A stretch of 63,904 nt of DNA, the filler included, from Blastocystis sp. subtype 4 (lineage: Eukaryota), in the NCBI RefSeq assembly GCF_000743755.1. It is 3 parts of 3 records of this genome, joined end to end, with 100 filler letters (N's around TTAATTAATTAA, not from the genome) between each part and the next. Parts side by side here need not be neighbours in the genome. Positions count along the whole stretch, not along the records: positions 43,866 to 63,904 come from NW_014569346.1; 2 more parts are not named here. One strand, 5' to 3'. The notes under the pieces were generated by a model that was not told the origin of the DNA, searched no databases, and saw only the letters and a program-made list of their open reading frames with translations. Position 1 is the first letter of the stretch, and every line of letters starts with the position of its first letter. Below, in pieces: positions 62,276 to 63,904 of the stretch. The position numbers were made by a program, and so were the translations under genes.

Positions 62276-62455
62276 ATAATATCCTACTTTCGAATCAAAG
62301 ATAATTGACCTGAGCCGTTTTAATTGTATCTCCCAAGGTATGAGTATTCCCGTGGACGATCGGTTCATAAGACTGTATTTTGGAATTCGATGATTTAACT
62401 AACAAACAGTCCAATGAGAATTTCCACTAGTTAAACAGCACAATACCACAATATC

Positions 62456-63753
62456 TTAACAGTTTGCCATCAGGAGAACTATAGCGAATCTTCACGATAC
62501 TTAGAGATACCAATATCTCCATCGATCGATAGTTTCTGAAATAAACCCTTTGAGGTTATAACAAATACCGTATCTGGCTCCGATCCAAATACTGCCACCA
62601 TAGAGGCGCTATGATCGGGGTTACTATAACGGATTGAGAAGGATTCTGTCAACTCTCTATGATGATTTCAACAGCCAATACTTACGTTCCTCTTGATTCG
62701 CTAGACGTTATGGATCCTAATACTAATCCAAATCTATCAAAAGTACGTAATGAAGTCGTGGAAGAACGAAGAGAATGACCACTTAACATGAGTCTTGCGA
62801 TGTGGATTGTCGTATCGGAGTTACAAAGGAGATATTGCATATTTGAGTCAAATCTAGTCATTACAGGATGGACTCCAAATACTCTAAATTGACAATCGTT
62901 GCATGGGTACGACCACGACGAAAACCACCTCGCAATTGACCTGTTCGCGTACTAAATAAACGAATGACAGAACCACGGACAGATGCCGTAGCCAACCACT
63001 CGCCATCCGGTGACAAACACATACAACTAATCTCACTTTCATGAGCAGCAATTGAGAGAGGGCTAAATCCAAGTACCTTTCTGTTCTTGCTCCAAATCGT
63101 CACTGTTCCCTTTTTTTCACCCAAAACAGCAATCACAGGTGAATCTTCACGGAGTCGTACATCACACAATCCTAGTCGTTATTATCTATGCTAATTTCCA
63201 CCCTTTGGATTAGAACTAGTAGGGTACTTCCCGAAAAGCAAACCATCCTTCAGACTGTACAAATACGTACAGGTTTGTAATACAACTACAATACTGTCTG
63301 TCATAATGATACACAACTCCTACAATTCTTCCCTGAAACTACATGACCGAATCGTCTCTTGAAATGGAATACTCATTAGAATAGAATCAGATTGATCATC
63401 GTACACATATGCCTAAAGATCATTCCAACTTCCATATTGGACAGTCGTTGCTTTGTATTTCACATTCTTGTCTTTCCCTGAAAATACGAGAATATTCGAC
63501 CTTTTATATATATCTATCGAATAGAGGCCGTATTGACACAAATCTAATCCCATAGGTCCATTCCAACAATTACACACTTTTTGACAATAAAGATGTCACT
63601 GGACAACAGTTGATGATCTTGTATCCAGTTGGCGTTAACTCCAAAACACAGTCTATGAGTAAAAACAGTGTTCCAACTCCCACTGCGATCGCGAGAAAAA
63701 CGAATTGAATTACTGGTCGATCCTGTCGTATGTGACTCCAATCGCAATGACAT
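62456..63753 (-). CDS. ATG18: ATG18/WIPI PROPPIN beta-propeller
   Basis: FSRDRNC...GYKIINC, YKRSNILVFSG, NPKG, AHESEISC, LATASVRGSVIRLF, FRRG, SDTTIHI; motif at 62401-62408. Confidence 0.88.
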
Positions 63754-63795
63754 CAACAAACAAATGACACTTGTCCCAGACAAACAAGGTTATCC

Positions 63796-63904
63796 CTAAT
63801 TCTCCTCCTCAGCCTCACTAGCACGCTTCAGACGACGTCCATAGTTACGAGCATCACAACGAGCTTGTCTCAGTCCCATGAAAGCACGCTGCTTCTTCAG
63901 TTCA
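63796..63904 (-). CDS. RPL13: 60S ribosomal protein L13 (eL13), C-terminal part
   Basis: ELKKQRAFMGLRQARCDARNYGRRLKRASEAEEEN-TAG. Confidence 0.85.
   Translation of the reverse strand, partial: ELKKQRAFMGLRQARCDARNYGRRLKRASEAEEEN

Noticed and set aside
62276..62368. N-terminal extension of the 650-aa Hsp70 ORF (MNRSSTG...)
   Set aside because: Homology begins at MSEAYNIGIDFG; the extension is probably 5' UTR or intergenic, though not excluded
966..63783. Fragmented ORFs suggesting pseudogenes, frameshifting or an alternative genetic code
   Set aside because: The breaks I checked are explained by ~29-34 nt GT-AG introns that restore frame under the standard code

Overview
This is a gene-dense, roughly 40% GC eukaryotic scaffold segment. 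It is almost certainly from the gut stramenopile Blastocystis, an inference from ~29-34 nt GT-AG introns throughout, tiny intergenic spacers and a TGTTTGTT motif just after nearly every gene end. I can support about 30 protein-coding genes: MOB, a ~14 kb HERC-like HECT E3 ligase, a MORN/LRR protein, a fucosyltransferase-like protein, GEX1/KAR5, CDPK, INTS11/CPSF73-like nuclease, a 26/29-kDa-type cysteine protease, a degenerate GH38 mannosidase, UVRAG/VPS38, TXNDC12-like, SERF, ABCB, RPL8 and RPL13 fragments, NDUFAF4-like, DDX11/CHL1, SIZ/PIAS, ATG12, 14-3-3, two divergent Hsp70s, CDC7, a TFIIS-M/SPOC protein and ATG18/WIPI. There are also three tRNA genes, an internally deleted 5S rRNA copy and two artificial 100-nt gap linkers. 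The most striking system is 3'-end coding by polyadenylation. In at least six genes an in-frame T sits exactly 4 nt before TGTTTGTT or a one-mismatch variant, so poly(A) addition would create the UAA stop. This phenomenon is known in Blastocystis. Here it also appears as back-to-back motif pairs between convergent genes and in the INTS11/CPSF73-like 3'-endonuclease gene itself. Other highlights are a karyogamy gene (GEX1), an IFI27/ISG12-like micro-protein, a possible RGS plus pseudo-Ras fusion and several pseudo-enzymes. Exon boundaries were worked out by hand and are approximate; no database search was run.
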